Positions 13,004-25,488 of a stretch of 64,000 nt of DNA are shown here, piece after piece. The position numbers and the translations under genes are program-made. A model generated the notes under the pieces. It saw only the letters and a program-made list of their open reading frames with translations. It was not told where the DNA came from and did not search any database. Position 1 is the first letter of the stretch. The number at the start of each line of letters is the position of its first letter. The stretch covers positions 130,572,001 through 130,636,000 of the forward strand of contig OX597815.1 in NCBI GenBank assembly GCA_951406725.2, in the 5' to 3' direction. Origin of the DNA: Octopus vulgaris (lineage: Eukaryota).

Positions 13004-13121
13004 ATGGAGAATAACCATGTGAACGAAGGGTTAGAAGAAATTGAAGACGAAATTGTAAATATAAACGAAGAAGACATCGATCGAGTTATCGATGTCGATG
13101 ATAATGAAGAAGACTTCAATG
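13004..13121 (+). CDS. AAMP: AAMP/Sqt1-like WD40 protein, exon 1 (acidic N-terminus)
   Basis: ATG at 13004. Encodes MENNHVNEGLEEIEDEIVNINEEDIDRVIDVDDNEEDFN, with donor G|gtacac in phase 1. The 11 exons total 1215 nt, i.e. 404 aa plus stop. Confidence 0.8.
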
Positions 13122-13270
13122 GTACACCATTATTTTTGTTATCAGTTCACTCGATCTTGTCTTTGTCTTATGTTTATTTTATAAGTTTTAACGGCGAAGT
13201 TTCGCATGTCGTAGCGCAGATTTCCGTCGATTTCCGTAAAAAACTTTTATTTTTTTACATAAGTAATGAG

Positions 13271-13896
13271 AGCGAAAGAGACTAAGAGGAAGCGATTTTA
13301 TGACGAGAAGGTTTCACTTTGAAATCGGCCTGTGTGTGTTTGATGGGTTGTGGGAGACAGACAGTATGTTGTATAAGTGAAGTGCTTCTGTTAGTGTGTG
13401 TGAAGAGACAGAGAGAGTAATGTGTGAAAGAGAGAGATAACTGATTTTTTACTCGGTGTATGTGTATATGTATGTATGCATGTATGTGTATATGTATGTA
13501 TGCATGTATCTATGTATGTGTGTGTGTGTAAGTATGTGTGTGTGTATGTATGTATGTATGGCCGATTCATCGTAATTTTTTACTCGGTGTATGTGTATAT
13601 GTATGTCTGCATGTATGTGTGTGTGTGTATGTATCTATGTGTGTGTGTGTGTGTAAGTATGTGTGTGTGTATGTATGTGTGTGTGTGTATGTATCTATGT
13701 ATGTGTGTGTGTGTATGTATGTATGTATGTACTCGGTGTATGTGTATATGTATGTCTGTCTCTTCGCACACACTAACAGAAGCACTTCACTTACACAACA
13801 TACTGTCTGTCTCCCACACCCCATCAAACACACACAGGCCGACTTCAAAGTGAAACCTTCTCGTCGTAAAATCGCTTCCTCTTAGTCTCTTTCGCT
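13271..13896. repeat. ~142-bp inverted repeat enclosing a (TGTA/TG)n microsatellite
   Basis: 13271-13412 is the reverse complement of 13755-13896 with about 5 mismatches. Confidence 0.9.
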
Positions 13897-14426
13897 AGTG
13901 AAAGTACTTATTTTGTTAAAATTCGGTGTTTTCCAGGTAAAAAAAAGTGAGACTGTTTCCTACAAAATGAAATTTGAGGGACTTAATCTCGGTGCCGACT
14001 TACATTACTAATTAACTTGGGCAAAGAATAGTTATTAACTACCCAAATGTAGCGAGTGTTAATAAAGAGCGACTACAGTTTTGCCCACAATAACACTTTA
14101 TTAACCTTTTTTAAAAATATCAGACAAGAAGTTAGCAGCATCCTATAGATAGATTACATTCTTCAGTTTACATCAGAGTAATTCCCTGTCACTTCTCTAA
14201 ATGCTGGTATTGCTAATAAATTGTTCATACCGACAAGCCTTACTGTTTGGGATCCATTTACAAATAGATAGACTAAGTCACTGACTATCAAATGTGTTAG
14301 GCAGACACATCATGATGTTGATGAGTCCCTGTCTATATTTAAACAACATTTTTATTAATTTAGCTACTAAACTGTTGCTCTTGCTATGCATCCAATAATT
14401 ACATTTTGGAATCTAAAATTGATTCA

Positions 14427-14848
14427 GGTCTATATTTAAGAGATGAGGAATTATTTACAGTTGTCCCCATCTTGTTTGTTGTTAACACGTTTCGGCTGAT
14501 ATACCCTCCAGCCTTCAGCAGGTGTCTTGGGAAAATTTCGAACCTGGGTTCTCATTCCTAAAGTATTTTTCGATGTTGTTGTTGTTGTTGTTCAGGTCAC
14601 TGCCTGGAATTGAACTTGGAATCTTGGGGTTAGTAACCTGCGCTCTTAACCACTACGCCAGGTAGTGACCTGAATAATAATAATAACAACAACAACACCA
14701 TCGAAAAATACCTTAGGAATGAGAACCCAGGTTCGAAAATTCCCCAAGACACCTGATGAAGGCTGGCGGGTATATCAGCCAAAACGTTGTGTTAACAACA
14801 AACAAGATGAGGACAAATATCCGTCAGCTGTAAATAATGTGAATAATG
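14427..14848. mobile_element. Inverted-duplicate non-coding retroelement with tRNA-like centre and hammerhead-like motif in each arm; 13-bp TSD
   Basis: TSD TAAAATTGATTCA at 14414-14426 and 14849-14861. Inverted arms are ~150 bp. The CTGATGA-stem-GAAAC motif is mutated in each arm. Confidence 0.75.
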
Positions 14849-17047
14849 TAAAATTGATTCATTAAAAAATAATCTTATAGTTGTGTGGTTAAGAAGCTTG
14901 CTTCCCAAGCATGTAGTTTTAGGTTCAGCTCCACTGCGCAGCACTTTGGGCATGTTTCTACCACTATAGACCCAAGCCAACCAAAGCCTTGTGAATTGAT
15001 GTAGTAGATGGAAACTGACGCCTGTCGCACGTGCATATGTACCTTGTCCTGACATCATATATTAATTGTAAATGAGCACCACTGCCATACAAGCGATTTT
15101 CCAGTCTTCCATGAGGAAATACTACCTTGCATGGAAACCAGCGAGGGTTGGCAACAGGAAGTTCAAATTCCATCTATGTCAGCTTTGCCGTTCATTCTTC
15201 TGAGGGCAGTAAATAAAATACCTGACTAGAATAACAGACTGGTGGAGTTGTTAGAGTATTGAATAGCTGACTGGCACGTAAAAAGCACTATCCAAATGTG
15301 GTTGATGCCAGTACCCCCTAACTGGCTCTCGTGCCAGTGGCATGTAAAAAGCACTATCCAAATGTGATCAATGCCAGACTGTTCAGTAGGTAATTGACAC
15401 CCGTAGCTAACAGCTGCTTCTCTCCCAGATTGTGAAAGCTTACCATAACGCTTAATCTGAATACAGTGAAATTTTTTATGGGCACATATGGATGAAGTTG
15501 TTTTGAAGAGTTCCCTTGTTGGCTCATCTACGAGATCTTATTGCTGTTGTTTAACCCCAGGTCAGCTCTGATTAAGCAAACCTATGATCAGAGATGTTCC
15601 AGCAATTTGTCTCTTTGTATGCCTTGGATTACATTGTATGTGTCCATCATCATCATCGTTTAACATTCGTTTTCCATGCTGGCATGGTTTGGACGGTTTG
15701 ACTGAGGTCTGGAGAGCCAGTGGCTGCACCAGGCTCCAATCTGATCTGGCAATGTTTCTACAGCTGGATGCCCTTCCTAACGCCAACCATTCTGTGAGTG
15801 AAGTGGGTGCTTTTTACATGTCACTGGCACAGGAGCCAGTCAAGCAAGCCTGGCATTGATCGTGTTCAGATAGTACTTTTTATGTGCCACCCAGTCAGGA
15901 GGTACTGGCATCAGCCACGTTTGGATGGTGCTTTTTGCGTGTCACCGGCACGGGGTACTGGCATTGGCCTAGGGAGTAATTTAATGAAATTTAGCTGCTA
16001 TTTCTAACAGATTGAAGGATCATGTAGAAGCTTGTTTGTGTGAGGTTAGTCACATGGATTAGGGCTGTGGAAAAGAGTAACATAGTCAGGCCTAACAGGA
16101 TTTTGATTCAAAACATGAACTAAATACTGCAAGACAATTAATCCTGTGCCATGTCACTCCTGACACCTTGTTACCCTAGACCCATGAAGTGATGGTGGGG
16201 GCTGTTTGAAGTTGCTTGGCTAAAAATAGCAGTCAAATCTTACTCTACATCACACCCTACTGTCTTACAAAAGGACATATTAACTGTTAATATGGACTTA
16301 GATATACTATCTGATCAGATGTGATGGTCATGGCTGGAATGTCTTTGATCACAAGTCTGCTCATTCAGTGTTGACCTTGAGCTAAACAACAACAGCTTGC
16401 TCCTCTAGTTAAACAAGACAACCTATGTGTGGTCACTCCTCATCATCATCATCTTTCTGAAATCTGCTTTTCCATGCCGCATGGATTTTTTATATGGCCA
16501 GATGCCCTTTCTGTCACCAACCCTCACCTATTTTCAAGTAAATTAATATTTCCCCTTGGCTGAACATGTTTTCACAGAATATTGGAAATTAACTTTTATG
16601 CACAACAGTCATATGATGTCAAGATAAGGAGACACTAACACACACACACACACACACACACACACGACAAGTTTCATTCAGTTTCTGTTTATCAAATCTA
16701 TTCTCAAGCCCCTAGTTGGCCCAGGGCTATAATAAAAGACACTTGTCCAAGGTGTTGCACAATGGGATTGAACTTGTGACCTTGTAGTTAGGAAACAAAC
16801 TTTGTAACCACATAGCTATGCTTGTGTCTATTGGCCTGAAATGCTAGAAATAGTAATCAATCAAATCTCCCTCAAGATCACAGCATATTATCTGAATATG
16901 TGGTTGAGTGGTAAGAAGCTTGCTTCCCAACCACATAGTCCGGGTTCAGTCCCACTGCATGACACTTTGGGCAAGTGTCTTCTACTATAGCCTCAGGCTG
17001 ACCAAAGCCTTGTGAGTGGATTTGGTTGACGGAAACTGAAAGAAGCC

Positions 17048-17107
<60 letters not shown>

Positions 17108-19135
17108 ATGTATTTGTGTGTCTATGTTTGTCCCTCCCACCACCACTTGAGAACTGATGTTGGTGTGTTTACAACCCAGAAACTTAGTGGTTTGGCAAAA
17201 GTGACTGATAAAATTAGGCTTACAATGAATAAGTCCTGGGGTCGATTTGTTCAACTAAAGGCAGTGCTCCAGCATGGCTGCAGTCAAATGACTGAAACAA
17301 GGAATAGAAAAGAAGGAAAGGAAGTTATGGGTACAGAGGAGGCATGTGGTTTAATGGTTAGGGTACTCAGTTTGTGGTCCTAAGGTCATCAGTTTGATTC
17401 CAGGCAGTGTGTTGTGTCCTTGAGAGAAACACTTATTTCATGTTGCTTCAGTCTACTCAGCCAGCAAAAATGAGTTGTACCTGTAATTGAAAGGGCCAGG
17501 CCTGTCACACTCTGTATCACACTGATCCTTTCTGAGAACTATGTTAGGAGTATGTGTGTCTGTGGAGTACTCAGCCACTTGCACGTTCATTTCATGAGCA
17601 GGCTGTTCAGTTGATTGGATCATCTGGAACACACATTATTGTAACTAACGGATTGCCAGTTAAGTTGCAGGATTGCGGATTGCCAGGTGACCCTGGCATT
17701 GGTCATTGTCATGGCCGATGCCAGTGCCACCTGTTTGGCACTCATGCCATTGGCACATAAAAAGTACCTGTCAAGCATGGCTGATGCCAGTGCTGGTGGT
17801 ACATAAAAAGCACCGTTCGCGTGTGGTCGATGACAGTATCGCTTGACTGGCTCCTGTGCTGGTAGTACATAAAAGGCACCATTTCAAACATGGCTGATGC
17901 CAGTGCCACCTGACTGGCACCCGTGCCACCTGACTGGCACCCGTGCCGGTCGGTCACACGTAGAAAGCACCATCTGAATGTGGATGATGCCAGTGCCACC
18001 TGACTGGCTCCCCCACCGGTGGCACATAAAAAGCTTCCACTACACTCTTGGAGTGGTTGGCATTAGGAAGGGCATCCAATTGTAGAAACATTGCCAGATC
18101 AGATTGGGGCCTGGTGCAGCCTCCTGGCTTGCCAGTCCTCAATCAAACTGTCCATTCCATGCCAGCATGGAAAGCAGATGTTAAACGATGATGATGATTT
18201 GAAACTGTTTTGTGTTGTTTTTCAAGCAGATTACATTTAAGTTCCAATGCCATCATGGCCTGCTTCACCATTTATCCTACCAGGGAGCTTAAAATGATGC
18301 ACCAGTCGAGTATTAGAGTCAGTTTAATCTACTAAACAACTTTCCTCGAAATTGCTGGCTGTGTGCCTAAATTAGAAACATTTATTTGTACATTATTGTA
18401 AAAAGAAAATACAGCAATTTTGACTTGATCCCTGACATTTACTCCACATTCACAGAAGCAATAATAGATGGGTGATTACTGTGGTGGTGGTGGTAGTGGT
18501 GGAATTGTGGCTGTAGCAATGACATCAGTAGTAGTGGTAGTAGTTGCAGTAGTCATAGTTGTGGATCCTATGATGGTGGGAAATATTTTGTTTTTGTGTT
18601 AATTGTTGGTAGATTGGGAGGGTATCCAAGCAGGGTTCGTACAAGTAGTGATGGTGGTGGTGGTGGTCCTTTATCTTGTTTCAGTTATTAGATCGCGGCC
18701 ATGCTGAGGCACCACCACCTTGAAGAATTTTTAGTCGAATGAATTGACAGTTTTTTTTTAAAGTCTGGTATATATTCTATCAGTCTGTTTTGTCAAACCA
18801 CTAAGTTATGGGGATGTATACTCACCAACACTGGCTGTCAAGTAGTGGAAGGAAACAAACATGGACACAAAGACAGACAGACAGACACACACACACATGG
18901 CAGGCTTCTTTGAGTTTCCATCTTACCATATCTGTTCACAAGGCTTTGGTTGGCCCAAGGCTATAGTAGAAGACACTTGCCCAAGGTGTCACGCAGTAGG
19001 ACTGAACTTGGAACCATGTGGTTGAAAAACAAACTTCTTACCATCTAGCTACATCTGTGTTTTTGGTGGTATTTAATTTACACTGCTCTTTTTTTGTTTG
19101 TTTACCAATTCCTTGTTTGTTTGTCTTTTTTCAAG

Positions 19136-19234
19136 ATATCACAGAAGATGCAGGGGCTGAGGGCGAAATTGAAGATGTGGAAATGTTCGAACCAGTTTCG
19201 GACTCATCAAAATTGACATTTGAGAAACACACAG
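19136..19234 (+). CDS. AAMP: AAMP-like, exon 2
   Basis: ttttcaag|AT...ACAG|gtaagt; encodes DITEDAGAEGEIEDVEMFEPVSDSSKLTFEKHT. Confidence 0.85.
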
Positions 19235-20114
19235 GTAAGTGTCTCTTACTTGTTTTTTTAATCATTAGACTGTGGCCATGCTGGAGCACTGCCTTGAAGA
19301 ACCTTTAGTTGAATGATTCAACCCTGGTACTTTTTTTCTCTTGAGCCTGGTACTTATTCTATCAGTCTGTTTTGCCAAACCACTCAGTTACAGGGATGTA
19401 ATCAAACCAACACTGGTTGTCAAGCAGTGGTGAGGGGAAATATACAATATAGACATATATATACATCGGGCTTCTTTCAGTTTCTGTCTACCAAATCCAC
19501 TCACAAGGCTTTGTTGTGTTAGGCTATTGTAGAAGACACTTGCCCAAGGTGCCACATAGTGGGACTGAACCTGGAACCATGTGGTTGAGAAGCAAGTTTC
19601 TTACTGCACAGCCACACCTGCACCTATATATATATATATATATATATACACACAGGATGGGCTTCTTTCAGTTTCTGTTTACCAAATCCACTCACAAGGC
19701 TTTGTTGTGTTAGGCTATTGTAGAAGTAGGACTGAACCTGGAGCCATGTGGTTGAGAAGCAAGTTTCTTACCACACAGCCATGCCTGCACATTTGTTCAT
19801 TTTTTTCTGTGTTTGTCTGTCTCTGTGTGTGATTAACAAAAATAGGTTGAAAGATGGAGCAATAATGAATAAGACTGGAGGAGAGAAGGGGTCTGATAGC
19901 TTGTTAGATAAATAAAATGAGAATAGGGAGAGACAGAAGAGTATATAGAATGGTTGGAAAAGAGAGCAGCAGCTAGTGAGAACATTAAATGCTTTTTGGT
20001 CTATTTGAGCCCTGTCAATAGTGTGTGCGCACAACTATCCACATGCTTAGATGAGATTTGTCACTTCCAGTCTATTAGAAAACAGTTTAAAACACACACT
20101 GGTACAAATAGAAG

Positions 20115-20340
20115 TCTGGTTGAATCGTTAGCACGCCGGGCGAAATGCGTAGCCGCATTTCGTCTACCGCTACGTCCTGGGTTCAAATTCCGCCGAGGTC
20201 GACTTAGCCTTTCATCCTCTCGGGGTCGATAAATTAAGTACCAGTTACGCATTGGGGTCGATATAATCGACTTAATCCGTTTTGTCTGTCCTTGTTTGTC
20301 CCCTCTGTGTTTAGCCCTTTGTGGGTAATAAAGAAATAGG
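20115..20340 (+). repeat. Second tRNA-derived SINE family. Copies at ~10380-10690, 21220-21435, 44650-44880, 46457-47075 (three in tandem) and 52945-53160.
   Basis: Shared motifs gaatcgttagcacgccgg...gagttcaaattccgccgaggtcgac...tttcatcctttcggggtcgataaa(a/t)taagtaccag. Confidence 0.8.
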
Positions 20341-21629
20341 TTGAATAAAAATCTGTTATATGCAATTAAAGCAATGTTAAATTAAAATAAGCATCTATCT
20401 ATCATAGTTAATGTAAATACATTGTTGAAATGCAAATTTACTGTGGTATTCTTCTCCCTCTGACATATATTGTGTTCTGAAACACAGCATGTCTGTAAGA
20501 AATGTTATTTCTGGGCAAATGCCACAGTAAATTTGCCTGGTGTAGTTACATTGAGTATGATCCCTAGATGGCTGTTTTAATTTGATACTGCCTCAAATGA
20601 CTATACTATAATATAATGTGGTAAGAAACTTGCTTCCCAATCACATGGTTCCAGGTTCAGTCCCACTGTGTGGTACCTTAGGCAAATGTCTTCTACTATA
20701 GCCTCAGGCCAACCAAAGCCCTGAGTGGATTTGGTGGATGGAAACTGAAAGAAGCCTGTTGTATTCTTTTATTCTTTTATATGTTTCAGCCTTGAGGCCA
20801 TATATTTATATATATATGTGTGTCTGTATTTGTCCCCCAAGCATCACTTGGCAACTGATGTTAGTGTGTTTACATCCCCATAACTTAGCAGTTTGGCAAA
20901 AGAAACCGATAGAATAAGTACTAGGCTTACAACAAATAAGTCCTGGGGTCGATTTATTCGACTAAAGTCAGTGCTCCAGCATGGCTGCAGTCAACTGAAT
21001 GAAACAAATAAAAGAATAATATATATATATATATATAAACATCAACATAACTTCAAAGTTCAGCTTCCATATTGGCATAGGTTGGACAGTTTGACCAGAT
21101 CTGATGGCTCTAAGCACTGCGATATGTTCTGATGCCTGCTTTGGCATGGTTTCTATGACACAATGTCCTTCCTTCTTCCAACCCTTGCCTGTTTGCAAGC
21201 AAAGGTGATATTTCCCCATGGCAATGAGCTGGCAGAATCGTTACTACATCAAGGCAAATTCCTTAGCAGCATTTCATCTGTCTTTACGGTCTGAGTTCCG
21301 TTTCCAGTATGGTCAGCTTTGCCTTTCATTCTTTTCGAGTTGATAAAATAAGTAGCAGTCATGTACTGGGGTTGAGGTAATCGACTTAAGCCTTCCCACG
21401 AAATTGCTGGCCCGGTGCCAAAATTTGAAACCAGTATTTCCTCATGGTCAAACATTTCAGCAAAATATTGGTAATGAATAACATTCATTTACAACAATTA
21501 TGTGATATCAAAACAAAGAGACACAAGCATATTTACTCTCAAAGCTGATGATGGAAGTATGTTGAATTGTTGGTATGGCTGTGGAATAGTATTATAACAC
21601 ATCCTTTTGATACATATATACTCATAATA

Positions 21630-22537
21630 TTCTATATTTTGGGGATGAGGAATTATGTACATTATTTACAATGGACGGATAGGTGTCCTCATGTGTTTGT
21701 TGTTACCATAATGTTTCGGCTGATGTACTCTCCAGCCTTCATCAGGTGTTCTGGTAGAATTTCAAACCCAAGCCTTTATTTGACTAATGGGGTACACTGT
21801 TCTCACTCCTAAGGTATGTTACTGATGTTATTTTTCAAGTCCCTGCCTGGGATTGAACTTAGAATCCGAGGGTTAGTAGCTTGTGCTCTTATCCACTACA
21901 CTATATGCCTATGGGCTACTAACCCTTACATTCTAATTTCAGTCCCAGGCAGGGACTTGAAAAATAACATCGGAGTGGCTGTGTGGTAAGTAGCTTGCTA
22001 ACCAACCACATGGTTCCGGATTCAGTCCCACTGCGTGGCATCTTGGGCAAGTGTCTTCTGCTATAGCCCCGGGCCGACCAATGCCTTGTGAGTGGATTTG
22101 GTAGACGGAAACTGAAAGAAGCCTGTCGTATATATGTATGTATATATATGTATGTGTTTGTGTGTCTGTGTTTGTCCCCCTAGCATTGCTTGACAACTGA
22201 TGCTGGTGTGTTTACATCTCCGTCACTTAGCGGTTGGGCAAAAGAGACCGATAGAATAAGTACTGGGCTTACAAAGAATAAGTCCCGGGGTCGATTTGCT
22301 TGACTAGAGGCGGTGCTCCAGCATGGCCGCAGTCAAATGACTGAAACAAGTAAAAGAGTAAAAGAGAGAGAGAGTAACATACCTAAGGAATGAGAACAGT
22401 GTATTCCATTAGTCAAATAAAGGCTTGGGTTTGAAATTCCACCAGAACACCTGATGAAGACTGCAGAGTACATCAGCTGATATGTGATAGTAACAAACAA
22501 GATGAAGACACCCATCCATCCATTGTAAATAATGTAC
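21630..22537. mobile_element. Second copy of the tRNA-head/hammerhead inverted-duplicate element, interrupted by a SINE (21972-~22372)
   Basis: The arms are homologous to 14427-14848. The minus-strand arm keeps CTGATGA-A-GGCTGG...TCAGCC-GAAAC (21705-21750). Confidence 0.75.
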
Positions 22538-22789
22538 ACATATACAGGCATGTATATTATGTATATTATTATCCATCTAATTTTATTTTTAATTTATTCC
22601 CATTCATGTGAAACCACTTATTCAAGTTCAAGTCATTGATGCAATTTTATACCAATTGCTATTTTTACTTTTGTTATGTTACGATTATATTATACTTCAG
22701 TTTGATTTTAATTATTACTTACTACATATAATTCAATTGTTATTATTATTTTTATTGTTAAAGTGAAAATATCTGACATAAAATAGAGA

Positions 22790-23155
22790 AACGTTTTTGT
22801 TTCACTTTTAACATGTAATACTGAAATAGTGGAGAAGATATGATATTGCTATGGGCTCGCTCTAGGCAAGAAGTTGAACATTTTTTTGCCCATGAAACTG
22901 CATGGACCCTAAGTAAGGCATGTGTAAAATTTGAATGGAAGTGGTTGTGTAGTTCTCAAGTTTCAGGGAATCGTAGTGGAGAAGATACGATATTGCTATG
23001 GGCTTGCCCTAGGCAAAAAGTTCAAAATGTTTTTTACCGATGACACTCCCCGGACCCTAAGTAAGGCATGTATAAAATTTGAATGAAATTGGTTGTGTAG
23101 TTCTCAAGTTTTAGGGAAACACACAGACAGACAGACAGACACACATTCTCAGTTT

Positions 23156-23165
<10 letters not shown>
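22790..23165 (-). mobile_element. Helitron/DINE-1-like non-autonomous element with internal ~147-bp tandem duplication
   Basis: The minus strand starts tatataaaactgagaatgtgtg(tctg)n. The duplicated unit lies at 22828-22965 and 22975-23112. Confidence 0.55.
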
Positions 23166-23207
<42 letters not shown>

Positions 23208-23622
23208 CATACATACATATATATACATATCAGGGATGTACCACCTGGGTAGGCAGTGACTACCATGAATAAAATAGATCGATAGTAGCCTTTTTCTTTT
23301 ATGGCATAATATGTGCATAATTCAATAAAACTATGGAGGTTACTCTGATTACCATGCATAAAATGCTAGATATTTTATTTTTTTGTAGATGAGGTAGGCA
23401 TAATTAACCCCTTTCAATCTAGTATTAAACTATGCATAGAACTGCTGTAGTACATGTGCTGCATACATTCCTATAAATGCTTTCTTTATATGCTGTAAAG
23501 GCAGAAGTAAATCTGCCTTCAACTTAGTCGCGTGCCTGTGCTTCACTTTTTTTTTGTGTTTTACTACATAAACGTCACCAACTGTGTACCCTAAGTAATT
23601 ACTGATGGCACATATATATATA

Positions 23623-25123
23623 TCATCATCATCGTTTAACGTCCGCTTTCCATTCTGGCATGGGTTGGACGGTTTGACTGAAGACTGGCAAGCCAGATGG
23701 TTGCACCAGGCTACAATCTCATCTGGCAGAGTTACTACAGCTGGATGCCCTTCCTAACGCCAACCTCTCCAAGAGTGTAGTGGGTGCTTTTATGTGCTAC
23801 TGGTACGAGGGCCAGTCAGGCGGTGCTGGCGATGGCCACGCTCAAATGGTGTTTTTTATGTGTGGCACTGGCAACGACCTCGCTCAAATGTTGTTTTTCA
23901 TGTGCCAGTAAGGTGACGCTGGTAAGGATCACGCTTGAATGGTGCTTTTTATGTGCCACCGGCACAGGAGCCAGTCAGTGGACCTGGCAACGATCAAGCT
24001 CAGATGGTGCTTTTAGCGTTTCACTGGCACGGGTGCCAGTCAGGCGGTGCTATCATTGGCCATGTCAGCGAATTTGATTTTGATTGTGATTTCACTTGCC
24101 TGAACAGGTCTTCGCAAGCAACGCATAGGTAGGCTGGTTACACTGCTGACATAGGCCACAAGTTATGGTCTCACTTGGCTTGCCGGGTCTTCTCAAGCAC
24201 AGCATATTTCCAAAGGTCTTGGTCCATAGTCATTCCCTCGATGAGGCCCAATTTACGAAGGTCGTGTTACACCACCTCATCCCAGGTCTTCCTGGGTCTA
24301 CCTCTTCTACAGATTTCCTTAATTGCTAGGGTGTAACACTTTTTCACACAGTTATCCCCATCCATTCGCACCACATGTCCATACCAGTACAGTTGTCTCT
24401 CTTGCACACTACACCTGATGCTTCTTAGGTCCAACTTTTTTTTCAAGGCTGTTGTGTATGCACACTGACATTACACATCAAGCGGAGCATACTGGCTTCA
24501 TTTCTTGCAAGCTTATGCATGTTCTCAGCAGTCACCACCCATGTTTCACTGCTATGTAGTATAGCTGTTTGTACACATGCATCATACAGTCTACCTTTTA
24601 TACTGAGTGAGGGGCTCTTTGTCATCAGCAGAGGTAGGAGTTTTCTGAACTTTGCCCAGGCTATTCTTATTCTAGAAGCTACACTTTCAGAGCATCCACC
24701 TCCACTACTGACTTGGTTACCTAGGTAACAGAAGCTATCAATGTGGCAAAAGTTGTTCTCTGCACATTTTCAGTGTTTATTGCTCCTGAGCCACATACAA
24801 AAACTATCTACCCAGTTAACCTTCCTTTGATATTGCTGCACATCTCATGTATCCATAGCTTGCACTGGGTACATCTTATAGAGTTTCTACTTACACCTTT
24901 TCTACAGATCGAGCAGGGCCATCTACCTGAAATGATTTGTGGTTTGTCTGCCTTCCTACTTATTAAGACTTTGGTTTCAGCTAGGTTGACTCTAAGGCCC
25001 TTGAATTCTAAACCTTGCTTCCACACCTGAAACTTCTCTAGCTCTGATAGTGACTCAGCAATAAGAACAAGGTCATCAGCAAAGAGGAGCTCCCAGGGGC
25101 ATCCTGTCTTGAATTCCTCTGTT
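23623..25123 (-). mobile_element. 5'-truncated, degraded RTE LINE
   Basis: ITEEFKTGCPWELLFADDL...CSICRKG; 3' UTR and tail toward 23623. Confidence 0.9.
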
Positions 25124-25382
25124 ATTCTGGAAGGTGCCATCGCCAACGACTGATGTAATAGTATTATAGTTAGTTGCATAAAGAGTAAAAGGTGATGTCT
25201 TAGATAGAAAAAACTGCAGAATGGCTCTCCCCAGACACAATACAATATATATGTATATATATATATATATGTGTGTGTGCATATTTGTGTCTCCATGTTT
25301 AAACATTGTGCAGTAGTTGTAAAATGATTGTCACTGTCATGTGTACACGGTAAATGATGATGATGATAATGTAGTAGTAGTT

Positions 25383-25415
<33 letters not shown>

Positions 25416-25488
25416 GTAGTAGTAGTAGTAGTATATCAGATAATTGAGAAAATTGTGATATGCACTTCATTATCTAATATGTGATTAG

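Noticed and set aside
13476-13885. Overlapping ORFs rich in V/C/M/Y or H/T/I
   Set aside because: These are translations of (TG)n/(TGTA)n microsatellite, not genes.
14600-14661. Possible tRNA gene
   Set aside because: A- and B-box-like motifs are present, but there is no complete acceptor or anticodon stem. It is part of a repeated element, as are the other tRNA-like SINE heads.
17700-18040. CRISPR-like repeat-spacer pattern
   Set aside because: The units are internal tandem repeats of the RTE 3' UTR, the spacers are related to each other, the context is eukaryotic and there are no cas genes.
24808-25470. 220-aa ORF
   Set aside because: It is a chimera of microsatellite-derived sequence and an RTE RT fragment.
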